A DNA stretch of 64,000 bases from Eledone cirrhosa (taxonomy: Eukaryota): contig OZ024741.1 of the NCBI GenBank assembly GCA_964016885.1, positions 253,828,001 through 253,892,000 of the forward strand. Reading direction: 5' to 3'. Position 1 is the first letter of the stretch. Each line of letters begins with the position of its first letter. The position numbers and the translations under genes are program-made. Of this stretch, positions 40,901 to 55,900 are shown one piece after another. The notes beneath the pieces are model-generated. The model searched no databases and had not been told where the DNA came from. It saw only the letters and a program-made list of their open reading frames with translations.

Positions 40901-43900
40901 TATATGTGTGACATTAAGACTGTATATATATCTGTTGGTGTACGTGTGACATTAAGACTGTATATATACCTGTTGGTGTATGTCTGACATTAAGACTGTA
41001 TATATACCTGTTGGTGTATGTGTGACATTATGACTGTGTATACCTGTTGGTGTATGTGTGACATTATGACTGTGTATATACCTGTTGGTGTATGTGTGAC
41101 ATTATGACTGTGTATATACCTGTTGGTGTATGTGTGACATTAAGACTGTATATATACCTGTTGGTGTATGTGTGACATTAAGACTGTGTATACCTGTTGG
41201 TGTATGTGTGACAGTATGACTGTGTATATACCTGTTGGTGTATGTGTGACATTATGACTGTGTATATACCTGTTGGTGTATGTGTGATATTAAGACTGTA
41301 TATATACCTGTTGGTGTATGTGTGACATTAAGACTGTATATATACCTGTTGGTGTATGTGTGACATTAAGACTGTATATATACCTGTTGGTGTATGTGTG
41401 ACATTATGACTGTGTATATACCTGTTGGTGTATGTGTGACATTAAGACTGTATATATACCTGTTGGTGTATGTGTGACATTATGACTGTGTATATACCTG
41501 TTGGTGTATGTGTGACATTAAGACTGAATATATACCTGTTGGTGTATGTATGACATTATGACTGTGTATATACCTGTTGGTGTATGTGTGACATTAAGAC
41601 TGTATATATACCTGTTGGTGTATGTGTGACATTAAGACTGTGTATATACCTGTTGGTATATGTGTGACATTAAGACTGTGTATATACCTGTTGGTGTATG
41701 TGTGACATTATGACTGTGTATATACCTGTTGGTGTATGTGTGACATTAAGACTGTATATATACCTGTTGGTGTATGTGTGACATTAAGTCTGTATATATA
41801 CCTGTTGGTGTATGTGTGACATTATGACTGTGTATATACCTGTTGGTGTATGTGTGACATTAAGACTGTGTATATACCTGTTGGTGTATGTGTGACATTA
41901 TGACTGTATATATACCTGTTGGTGTATGTGTGACATTAAGACTGTGTATATACCTGTTGGTGTATGTGTGACGTTATGACTGTATATATACCTGTTGGTG
42001 TATTTGTGACATTATGACTGTATATATACCTGTTGGTGTATGTGTGACATTAAGACTGTGTATACCTGTTGGTGTATGTGTGACAGTATGACTGTGTGTA
42101 TACCTGTTGGTGTATGTGTGACATTATGACTGTGTATATACCTGTTGGTTTATGTGTGACATTAAGACTGTATATATACCTGTTGGTGTATGTGTGACAT
42201 TAAGACTGTATATATACCTGTTGGTGTATGTGTGACATTAAGACTGTATATATATACCTGTTGGTGTATGTGTGATATTAAGACTGTATATATACCTGCT
42301 GGTGTATGTGTGACATTATGACTGTGTATATACCTGTTGGTGTATGTGTGATATTAAGAGTGTATATATACCTGTTGGTGTATGTGTCACATTAAGACTG
42401 TATATATACCTGTTGGTGTATGTGTGACGTTAAGACTGTATATATACCTGTTGGTGTATGTGTGACATTAAGACTGTATATATACCTGTTGGTGTATGTG
42501 TGACATTAAGACTGTATATATACCTGTTGGTGTATGTCTGACATTAAGACTGTATATATACCTGTTGGTGTATGTGTGACATTATGACTGTGTATACCTG
42601 TTGGTGTATGTGTGACATTATGACTGTGTATATACCTGTTGGTGTATGTGTGACATTAAGACTGTATATATACCTGTTGGTGTATCTGTGACATTAAGAC
42701 TGTGTATACCTGTTGGTGTATGTGTGACAGTATGACTGTGTATATACCTGTTGGTGTATGTGTGACATTATGACTGTGTATATACCTGTTGGTGTATGTG
42801 TGATATTAAGACTGTATATATACCTGTTGGTGTATGTGTGACATTAAGACTGTATATATACCTGTTGGTGTATGTGTGACATTATGACTGTGTATATACC
42901 TGTTGGTGTATGTGTGACATTAAGACTGTATATATACCTGTTGGTGTATGTGTGACATTAAGTCTGTATATATACCTGTTGGTGTATGTGTGACATTAAG
43001 ACTGTATATATACCTGTTGGTGTATGTGTGACATTATGACTGTGTATATACCTGTTGGTGTATGTGTGACATTAAGACTGTATATATACCTGTTGGTGTA
43101 TGTGTGACATTAAGACTGTATATATACCTGTTGGTGGATGTGTGACATTAAGACTGTATATATACCTGTTGGTGTATGTGTGACATTAAGACTGTATATA
43201 TACCTGTTGGTGTATGTGTGACATTATGACTGTGTATATACCTGTTGGTGTATGTGCGACATTAAGACTGTATATATACCTGTTGGTGTATGTGTGACAT
43301 TATGACTGTGTATATACCTGTTGGTGTATGTGTGACATTAAGACTGAATATATACCTGTTGGTGTATGTATGACATTATGACTGTGTATATACCTGTTGG
43401 TGTATGTGTGACATTAAGACTGTATATATACCTGTTGGTGTATGTGTGACATTAAGACTGTGTATATACCTGTTGGTATATGTGTGACATTAAGACTGTG
43501 TATATACCTGTTGGTGTATGTGTGACATTATGACTGTGTATATACCTGTTGGTGTATGTGTGACATTAAGACTGTATATATACCTGTTGGTGTATGTGTG
43601 ACATTAAGACTGTATATATACCTGTTGGTGTATGTGTGACATTATGACTGTGTATATACCTGTTGGTGTATGTGTGACATTAAGACTGTGTATATACCTG
43701 TTGGTGTATGTGTGACATTATGACTGTATATATACCTGTTGGTGTATGTGTGACATTAAGACTGTGTATATACCTGTTGGTGTATGTGTGACGTTTTGAC
43801 TGTATATATACCTGTTGGTGTATGTGTGACATTATGACTGTATATATACCTGTTGGTGTATGTGTGACATTATGACTGTGTATATACCTGTTGGTGTATG

Positions 43901-46900
43901 TGTGACATTATGACTGTGTATATACATGTTGGTGTATGTGTGACATTATGACTGTGTATATACCTGTTGGTGTATGTGTGACATTATGACTTCATATATA
44001 CCTGTTGGTGTATGTGTGACATTAAGACTGTATATATACCTATTGGTGTATGTGTCACATTATGACTGTATATATACCTGTTGGTGTATGTGTCACATTA
44101 TGACTGTATATATACCTGTTGGTGTATGTGTCACATTATGACTGTATATATACCTGTTGGTGTATATGTGACATTAAGACTGTATATATACCTGTTGGTG
44201 TATGTGTGACATTAAGACATTATATATACCTGTTGGTGTATGTGTGACATTATGACTGTATATATACCTGTTGGTGTATGTGTGACATTAAGACTGTGTA
44301 TATACCTGTTGGTGTATGTGTGACATTAAGACTGTGTATATACCTGTTGGTGTATGTGTGACATTAAGACTGTATATATACCTGTTGGTGTATGTGTGAC
44401 ATTAAGACTGTATATATACCTGTTGGTGTATGTGTGACATTATGACTGTATATATACCTGTTGGTGTATGTGTGACATTAAGACTGTATACCTGTTGGTG
44501 TATGTGTGACATTAAGACTGTGTGTGTATATACCTGTTGGTGTATGTGTGACATTAAGACTGTATATATACCTGTTGGTGTATGTGTGACATTAAGACTG
44601 CATATATACCTGTTGGTGTATGTGTGACATTAAGACTGTGTATATACCTGTTGGTGTATGTGTGACATTATGACTGTATATATACCTGTTGGTATATGTG
44701 TGACATTAAGACTGTATATATACCTGTTGGTGTGTGTGTGACATTATGACTGTATATATACCTGTTGGTGTATGTGTGACATTATGACTGTATATATACC
44801 TGTTGGTGTATGTGTGACATTAAGACTGTATATATAGCTGTTGGTGTATGTGTGACATTATGACTGTATATATACCTGTTGGTGTATGTGTGACATTAAG
44901 ACTGTATATATACCTGTTGGTGTATGTGTGACATTAAGACTGTATATATACCTGTTGGTGTATGTGTGACATTAAGACTGTATATATACCTGTTGGTGTA
45001 TGTGTGACATTATGACTGTATATATACCTGTTGGTGTATGTGTGACATTATGACTGTATACCTGTTGGTGTATGTGTGACATTATGACTGTATATATACC
45101 TGTTGGTGTATGTGTGACATTAAGACTGTATATATACCTGTTGGTGTATGTGTGACATTATGACTGTGTATATACCTGTTGGTGTATGTGTGACATTAAG
45201 TCTGTATACCTGTTGGTGTATGTGTGACATTAAGACTGTGTATATACCTGTTGGTGTATGTGTGACATTATGACTGTATATATACCTGTTGGTGTATGTG
45301 TGACATTAAGACTGTGTACCTGTTGGTGTATGTGTGACATTAAGACTGTGTATATACCTGTTGGTGTATGTGTGACATTAAGACTGTATATATACCTGTT
45401 GGTGTATGTGTGACATTATGACTGTGTATACCTGTTGGTGTATGTGTGACATTATGACTGTGTATATACCTGTTGGTGTATGTGTGACATTAAGACTGTA
45501 TATATACCTGTTGGTGTATGTGTGACATTAAGACTGTGTATACCTGTTGGTGTATGTGTGACAGTATGACTGTGTGTATACCTGTTGGTGTATGTGTGAC
45601 ATTATGACTGTGTATATACCTGTTGGTGTATGTGTGACATTAAGACTGTATATATCACATATACACCTGTTGGTGTATGTGTGACATTAAGACTGTATAT
45701 ATACCTGTTGGTGTATGTGTGACATTAAGACTGTATATATACCTGTTGGTGTATGTGTGATATTAAGACTTATATATACCTGCTGATGTATGTGTGACAT
45801 TATGACTGTGTATATACCTGTTGGTGTATGTGTGATATTAAGACTGTATATATACCTGTTGGTGTATGTGTGACATTAAGACTGTATATATACCTGTTGG
45901 TGTATGTGTGACATTAAGACTGTATATATACCTGTTGGTATATGTGTGACATTAAGACTGTATATATATCTGTTGGTGTACGTGTGACATTAAGACTGTA
46001 TATAAACCTGTTGGTGTATGTCTGACATTAAGACTGTATATATACCTGTTGGTGTATGTGTGACATTATGACTGTGTATACCTGTTGGTGTATGTGTGAC
46101 ATTATGACTGTGTATATACCTGTTGGTGTATGTGTGACATTATGACTGTGTATATACCTGTTGGTGTATGTGTGACATTAAGACTGTATATATACCTGTT
46201 GGTGTATGTGTGACATTAAGACTGTGTATACCTTTGGTGTATGTGTGACAGTATGACTGTGTATATACCTGTTGGTGTATGTGTGACATTATGACTGTGT
46301 ATATACCTGTTGGTGTATGTGTGATATTAAGACTGTATATATACCTGTTGGTGTATGTGTGACATTAAGACTGTATATATACCTGTTGGTGTATGTGTGA
46401 CATTAAGACTGTATATATACCTGTTGGTGTATGTGTGACATTATGACTGTGTATATACCTGTTGGTGTATGTGTGACATTAAGACTGTATATATACCTGT
46501 TGGTGTATGTGTGACATTATGACTGTGTATATACCTGTTGGTGTATGTGTGACATTAAGACTGAATATATACCTGTTGGTGTATGTATGACATTATGACT
46601 GTGTATATACCTGTTGGTGTATGTGTGACATTAAGACTGTATATATACCTGTTGGTGTATGTGTGACATTAAGACTGTGTATATACCTGTTGGTATATGT
46701 GTGACATTAAGACTGTGTATATACCTGTTGGTGTATGTGTGACATTATGACTGTGTATATACCTGTTGGTGTATGTGTGACATTAAGACTGTATATATAC
46801 CTGTTGGTGTATGTGTGACATTAAGTCTGTATATATACCTGTTGGTGTATGTGTGACATTATGACTGTGTATATACCTGTTGGTGTATGTGTGACATTAA

Positions 46901-49900
46901 GACTGTGTATATACCTGTTGGTGTATGTGTGACATTATGACTGTATATATACCTGTTGGTGTATGTGTGACATTAAGACTGTGTATATACCTGTTGGTGT
47001 ATGTGTGACGTTATGACTGTATATATACCTGTTGGTGTATGTGTGACATTATGACTGTATATATACCTGTTGGTGTATGTGTGACATTATGACTGTGTAT
47101 ATACCTGTTGGTGTATGTGTGACATTATGACTGTGTATATACATGTTGGTGTATGTGTGACATTATGACTGTGTATATACCTGTTGGTGTATGTGTGACA
47201 TTATGACTTCATATATACATGTTGGTGTATGTGTGACATTAAGACTGTATATATACCTGTTGGTGTATGTGTCACATTATGACTGTATATATACCTGTTG
47301 GTGTATGTGTCACATTATGACTGTATATATACCTGTTGGTGTATGTGTCACATTATGACTGTATATATACCTGTTGGTGTATATGTGACATTAAGACTGT
47401 ATATATACCTGTTGGTGTATGTGTGACATTAAGACATTATATATACCTGTTGGTGTATGTGTGACATTAAGACTGCATATATACCTGTTGGTGTATGTGT
47501 GACATTAAAACTGTGTATATACCTGTTGGTGTATGTGTGACATTATGACTGTATATATACCTGTTGGTATATGTGTGACATTAAGACTGTATATATACCT
47601 GTTGGTGTGTGTGTGACATTATGACTGTATATATACCTGTTGGTGTATGTGTGACATTATGACTGTATATATACCTGTTGGTGTATGTGTGACATTAAGA
47701 CTGTATATATAGCTGTTGGTGTATGTGTGACATTATGACTGTATATATACCTGTTGGTGTATGTGTGACATTAAGACTGTATATATACCTGTTGGTGTAT
47801 GTGTGACATTAAGACTGTATATATACCTGTTGGTGTATGTGTGACATTAAGACTGTATATATACCTGTTGGTGTATGTGTGACATTATGACTGTATATAT
47901 ACCTGTTGGTGTATGTGTGACATTATGACTGTATACCTGTTGGTGTATGTGTGACATTATGACTGTATATATACCTGTTGGTGTATGTGTGACATTAAGA
48001 CTGTATATATACCTGTTGGTGTATGTGTGACATTATGACTGTGTATATACCTGTTGGTGTATGTGTGACATTAAGTCTGTATACCTGTTGGTGTATGTGT
48101 GACATTAAGACTGTGTATATACCTGTTGGTGTATGTGTGACATTATGACTGTATATATACCTGTTGGTGTATGTGTGACATTAAGTCTGTGTACCTGTTG
48201 GTGTATGTGTGACATTAAGACTGTGTATATACCTGTTGGTGTATGTGTGACATTAAGACTGTATATATACCTGTTGGTGTATGTGTGACATTATGACTGT
48301 GTATACCTGTTGGTGTATGTGTGACATTATGACTGTGTATATACCTGTTGGTGTATGTGTGACATTAAGACTGTATATATACCTGTTGGTGTATGTGTGA
48401 CTTTAAGACTGTGTATACCTGTTGGTGTATGTGTGACAGTATGACTGTGTGTATACCTGTTGGTGTATGTGTGACATTATGACTGTGTATATACCTGTTG
48501 GTGTATGTGTGACATTAAGACTGTATATATCACATATACACCTGTTGGTGTATGTGTGACATTAAGACTGTATATATACCTGTTGGTGTATGTGTGACAT
48601 TAAGACTGTATATATACCTGTTGGTGTACGTGTGATATTAAGACTGTATATATACCTGCTGATGTATGTGTGACATTATGACTGTGTATATACCTGTTGG
48701 TGTATGTGTGATATTAAGACTGTATATATACCTGTTGGTGTATGTGTGACATTAAGACTGTATATATACCTGTTGGTGTATGTGTGACATTAAGACTGTA
48801 TATATACCTGTTGGTATATGTGTGACATTAAGACTGTATATATATCTGTTGGTGTACGTGTGACATTAAGACTGTATATATACCTGTTGGTGTATGTCTG
48901 ACATTAAGTCTGTATATATACTGTTGGTGTATGTGTGACATTATGACTGTGTATATCTGTTGGTGTATGTGTGACATTATGACTGTGTATATACCTGTTG
49001 GTGTATGTGTGACATTATGACTGTGTATATACCTGTTGGTGTATGTGTGACATTAAGACTGTATATATACCTGTTGGTGTATGTGTGACATTAAGACTGT
49101 GTATACCTGTTGGTGTATGTGTGACAGTATGACTGTGTATATACCTGTTGGTGTATGTGTGACATTATGACTGTGTATATACCTGTTGGTGTATGTGTGA
49201 TATTAAGACTGTATATATACCTGTTGGTGTATGTGTGACATTAAGACTGTATATATACCTGTTGGTGTATGTGTGACATTAAGACTGTATATATACCTGT
49301 TGGTGTATGTGTGACATCAAGACTGTATATATACCTGTTGGTGTATGTGTGACATTAAGACTGTATATATACCTGTTGGTGTATGTGTGACATTATGACT
49401 GTGTATATACCTGTTGGTGTATGTGTGACATTAAGACTGTATATATACCTGTTGGTGTATGTGTGACATTAAGACTGTATATATACCTGTTGGTGTATGT
49501 GTGACATTAAGTCTGTATATATACCTATTGGTGTATGTGTGACATTAAGACTGTATATATACCTGTTGGTGTATGTGTGACATTATGACTGTGTATATAC
49601 CTGTTGGTGTATGTGTGACATTAAGACTGTATATATACCTGTTGGTGTATGTGTGACATTAAGACTGTATATATACCTGTTGGTGTATGTGTGACATTAA
49701 GACTGTATATATACCTGTTGGTGTATGTGTGACATTAAGACTGTATATATACCTGTTGGTGTATGTGTGACATTATGACTGTGTATATACCTGTTGGTGT
49801 ATGTGTGACATTAAGACTGTATATATACCTGTTGGTGTATGTGTGACATTAAGACTGTGTATATACCTGTTGGTATATGTGTGACATTAAGACTGTGTAT

Positions 49901-52900
49901 ATACCTGTTGGTGTATGTGTGACATTAAGACTGTATACCTGTTGGTGTATGTGTGACATTAAGACTGTGTATATACCTGTTGGTGTATGTGTGACATTAT
50001 GACTGTATATATACCTGTTGGTGTATGTGTGACATTAAGACTGTGTATATACCTGTTGGTGTATGTGTGACATTAAGACTGTATATATACCTGTTGGTGT
50101 ATGTGTGACATTATGACTGTATATATACCTGTTGGTGTATGTGTGACATTATGACTGTGTATATACCTGTTGGTGTATGTGTGACATTATGACTTCATAT
50201 ATACCTGTTTGTGTATGTGTGACATTAAGACTGTATATATATACCTGTTGGTGTATGTGTCACATTATGACTGTATATATACCTGTTGGTGTATGTGTCA
50301 CATTATGACTGTATATATACCTGTTGGTGTATGTGTCACATTATGACTGTATATATACCTGTTGGTTTATGTGTGACATTAAGTCTGTGTATATACCTGT
50401 TGGTGTATGTGTGACATTAAGGCTGTGTATATACCTGTTGGTGTATGTGTGACATTAAGACTGTATATATACCTGTTGGTGTATGTGTGACATTAAGACT
50501 GTATATATACCTGTTGGTGTATGTGTGACATTATGACTGTATATATACCTGTTGGTATATGTGTGACATTAAGACTGTATATATACCTGTTGGTGTGTGT
50601 GTGACATTATGACTGTATATATACCTGTTGGTGTATGTGTGACATTATGACTGTATATATACCTGTTGGTGTATGTGTGACATAAAGACTGTATATATAG
50701 CTGTTGGTGTATGTGTGACATTATGACTGTATATATACCTGTTGGTGTATGTGTGACATTAAGACTGTATATATACCTGTTGGTGTATGTGTGACATTAA
50801 GACTGTATATATACCTGTTGGTGTATGTGTGACATTAAGACTGTATATATACCTGTTGGTGTATGTGTGACATTATGACTGTATATATACCTGTTGGTGT
50901 ATGTGTGACATTATGACTGTATACCTGTTGGTGTATGTGTGACATTATGACTGTATAAATACCTGTTGGTGTATGTGTGACATTAAGACTGTATATATAC
51001 CTGTTGGTGTATGTGTGACATTATGACTGTGTATATACCTGTTGGTGTATGTGTGACATTAAGACTGTATACCTGTTGGTGTATGTGTGACATTAAGACT
51101 GTGTATATACCTGTTGGTGTATGTGTGACATTATGACTGTATATATACCTGTTGGTGTATGTGTGACATTAAGACTGTGTACCTGTTGGTGTATGTGTGA
51201 CATTAAGACTGTGTATATACCTGTTGGTGTATGTGTGACATTAAGACTGTATATATACCTGTTGGTGTATGTGTGACATTATGACTGTGTATACCTGTTG
51301 GTGTATGTGTGACATTATGACTGTGTATATACCTGTTGGTGTATGTGTGACATTATGACTGTGTATATACCTGTTGGTGTATGTGTGACATTAAGACTGT
51401 ATATATACCTGTTGGTGTATGTGTGACATTAAGACTGTGTATACCTGTTGGTGTATGTGTGACAGTATGACTGTGTATATACCTGTTGGTGTATGTGTGA
51501 CATTATGACTGTGTATATACCTGTTGGTGTATGTGTGACATTAAGACTGTATATATACCTGTTGGTGTATGTGTGACATTAAGACTGTATATATACCTGT
51601 TGGTGTATGTGTGACATTAAGACTGTATATATACCTGTTGGTGTATGTGTGATATTAAGACTGTATATATACCTGCTGGTGTATGTGTGACATTATGACT
51701 GTGTATATACCTGTTGGTGTATGTGTGATATTAAGACTGTATATATACCTGTTGGTGTATGTGTGACATTAAGACTGTATATATACCTGTTGGTGTATGT
51801 GTGACATTAAGACTGTATATATACCTGTTGGTGTATGTGTGACATTAAGACTGTATATATACCTGTTGGTGTATGTGTGACATTAAGACTGTATATATAC
51901 CTGTTGGTGTATGTGTGACATTAAGACTGTATATATACCTGTTGGTGTATGTGTGACATTATGACTGTATATATACCTGTTGGTGTATGTGTGACATTAT
52001 GACTGTATACCTGTTGGTGTATGTGTCGCATTATGACTGTATATATACCTGTTGGTGTATGTGTGACATTAAGACTGTATATATACCTGTTGGTGTATGT
52101 GTGACATTATGACTGTGTATATACCTGTTGGTGTATGTGTGACATTAAGACTGTATACCTGTTGGTGTATGTGTGACATTAAGACTGTGTATATACCTGT
52201 TGGTGTATGTGTGACATTATGACTGTATATATACCTGTTGGTGTATGTGTGACATTAAGACTGTGTATATACCTGTTGGTGTATGTGTGACATTAAGACT
52301 GTATATATACCTGTTGGTGTATGTGTGACATTATGACTGTATATATACCTGTTGGTGTATGTATGACATTATGACTGTGTATATACCTGTTGGTGTATGT
52401 GTGACATTAAGACTGTATATATACCTGTTGGTGTATGTGTGACATTAAGACTGTGTATATACCTGTTGGTATATGTGTGACATTAAGACTGTGTATATAC
52501 CTGTTGGTGTATGTGTGACATTATGACTGTGTATATACCTGTTGGTGTATGTGTGACATTAAGACTGTATATATACCTGTTGGTGTATGTGTGACATTAA
52601 GTCTGTATATATACCTGTTGGTGTATGTGTGACATTATGACTGTGTATATACCTGTTGGTGTATGTGTGACATTAAGACTGTGTATATACCTGTTGGTGT
52701 ATGTGTGACATTATGACTGTATATATACCTGTTGGTGTATGTGTGACATTAAGACTGTGTATATACCTGTTGGTGTATGTGTGACGTTATGACTGTATAT
52801 ATACCTGTTGGTGTATGTGTGACATTATGACTGTATATATACCTGTTGGTGTATGTGTGACATTATGACTGTGTATATACCTGTTGGTGTATGTGTGACA

Positions 52901-55900
52901 TTATGACTGTGTATATACATGTTGGTGTATGTGTGACATTATGACTGTGTATATACCTGTTGGTGTATGTGTGACATTATGACTTCATATATACATGTTG
53001 GTGTATGTGTGACATTAAGACTGTATATATACCTGTTGGTGTATGTGTCACATTATGACTGTGTATATACCTGTTGGTGTATGTGTGACATTATGACTGT
53101 GTATATACCTGTTGGTGTATGTGTGACATTAAGACTGTATATATACCTGTTGGTGTATGTGTGACATTAAGACTGTGTATACCTGTTGGTGTATGTGTGA
53201 CAGTATGACTGTGTATATACCTGTTGGTGTATGTGTGACATTATGACTGTGTATATACCTGTTGGTGTATGTGTGATATTAAGACTGTATATATACCTGT
53301 TGGTGTATGTGTGACATTAAGACTGTATATATACCTGTTGGTGTATGTGTGACATTAAGACTGTATATATACCTGTTGGTGTATGTGTGACATTATGACT
53401 GTGTATATACCTGTTGGTGTATGTGTGACATTAAGACTGTATATATACCTGTTGGTGTATGTGTGACATTATGACTGTGTATATACCTGTTGGTGTATGT
53501 GTGACATTAAGACTGAATATATACCTGTTGGTGTATGTATGACATTATGACTGTGTATATACCTGTTGGTGTATGTGTGACATTAAGACTGTATATATAC
53601 CTGTTGGTGTATGTGTGACATTAAGACTGTGTATATACCTGTTGGTGTATGTGTGACATTAAGACTGTGTATATACCTGTTGGTGTATGTGTGACATTAT
53701 GACTGTGTATATACCTGTTGGTGTATGTGTGACATTAAGACTGTATATATACCTGTTGGTGTATGTGTGACATTAAGTCTGTATATATACCTGTTGGTGT
53801 ATGTGTGACATTATGACTGTGTATATACCTGTTGGTGTATGTGTGACATTAAGACTGTGTATATACCTGTTGGTGTATGTGTGACATTATGACTGTATAT
53901 ATACCTGTTGGTGTATGTGTGACATTAAGACTGTGTATATACCTGTTGGTGTATGTGTGACGTTATGACTGTATATATACCTGTTGGTGTATGTGTGACA
54001 TTATGACTGTATATATACCTGTTGGTGTATGTGTGACATTATGACTGTGTATATACCTGTTGGTGTATGTGTGACATTATGACTGTGTATATACATGTTG
54101 GTGTATGTGTGACATTATGACTGTGTATATACCTGTTGGTGTATGTGTGACATTATGACTTCATATATACATGTTGGTGTATGTGTGACATTAAGACTGT
54201 ATATATACCTGTTGGTGTATGTGTCACATTATGACTGTATATATACCTGTTGGTGTATGTGTCACATTATGACTGTATATATACCTGTTGGTGTATGTGT
54301 CACATTATGACTGTATATATACCTGTTGGTGTATATGTGACATTAAGACTGTATATATACCTGTTGGTGTATGTGTGACATTAAGACATTATATATACCT
54401 GTTGGTGTATGTGTGACATTAAGACTGCATATATACCTGTTGGTGTATGTGTGACATTAAGACTGTGTATATACCTGTTGGTGTATGTGTGACATTATGA
54501 CTGTATATATACCTGTTGGTATATGTGTGACATTAAGACTGTATATATACCTGTTGGTGTGTGTGTGACATTATGACTGTATATATACCTGTTGGTGTAT
54601 GTGTGACATTATGACTGTATATATACCTGTTGGTGTATGTGTGACATTAAGACTGTATATATAGCTGTTGGTGTATGTGTGACATTATGACTGTATATAT
54701 ACCTGTTGGTGTATGTGTGACATTAAGACTGTATATATACCTGTTGGTGTATGTGTGACATTAAGACTGTATATATACCTGTTGGTGTATGTGTGACATT
54801 AAGACTGTATATATACCTGTTGGTGTATGTGTGACATTATGACTGTATATATACCTGTTGGTGTATGTGTGACATTATGACTGTATACCTGTTGGTGTAT
54901 GTGTGACATTATGACTGTATATATACCTGTTGGTGTATGTGTGACATTAAGACTGTATATATACCTGTTGGTGTATGTGTGACATTATGACTGTGTATAT
55001 ACCTGTTGGTGTATGTGTGACATTAAGTCTGTATACCTGTTGGTGTATGTGTGACATTAAGACTGTGTATATACCTGTTGGTGTATGTGTGACATTATGA
55101 CTGTATATATACCTGTTGGTGTATGTGTGACATTAAGGCTGTGTACCTGTTGGTGTATGTGTGACATTAAGACTGTGTATATACCTGTTGGTGTATGTGT
55201 GACATTAAGACTGTATATATACCTGTTGGTGTATGTGTGACATTATGACTGTGTATACCTGTTGGTGTATGTGTGACATTATGACTGTGTATATACCTGT
55301 TGGTGTATGTGTGACATTAAGACTGTATATATACCTGTTGGTGTATGTGTGACTTTAAGACTGTGTATACCTGTTGGTGTATGTGTGACAGTATGACTGT
55401 GTGTATACCTGTTGGTGTATGTGTGACATTATGACTGTGTATATACCTGTTGGTGTATGTGTGACATTAAGACTGTATATATCACATATACACCTGTTGG
55501 TGTATGTGTGACATTAAGACTGTATATATACCTGTTGGTGTATGTGTGACATTAAGACTGTATATATACCTGTTGGTGTACGTGTGATATTAAGACTGTA
55601 TATATACCTGCTGATGTATGTGTGACATTATGACTGTGTATATACCTGTTGGTGTATGTGTGATATTAAGACTGTATATATACCTGTTGGTGTATGTGTG
55701 ACATTAAGACTGTATATATACCTGTTGGTGTATGTGTGACATTAAGACTGTATATATACCTGTTGGTATATGTGTGACATTAAGACTGTATATATATCTG
55801 TTGGTGTACGTGTGACATTAAGACTGTATATATACCTGTTGGTGTATGTGTGACATTAAGACTGTATATATACCTGTTGGTGTATGTGTGACATTAAGAC

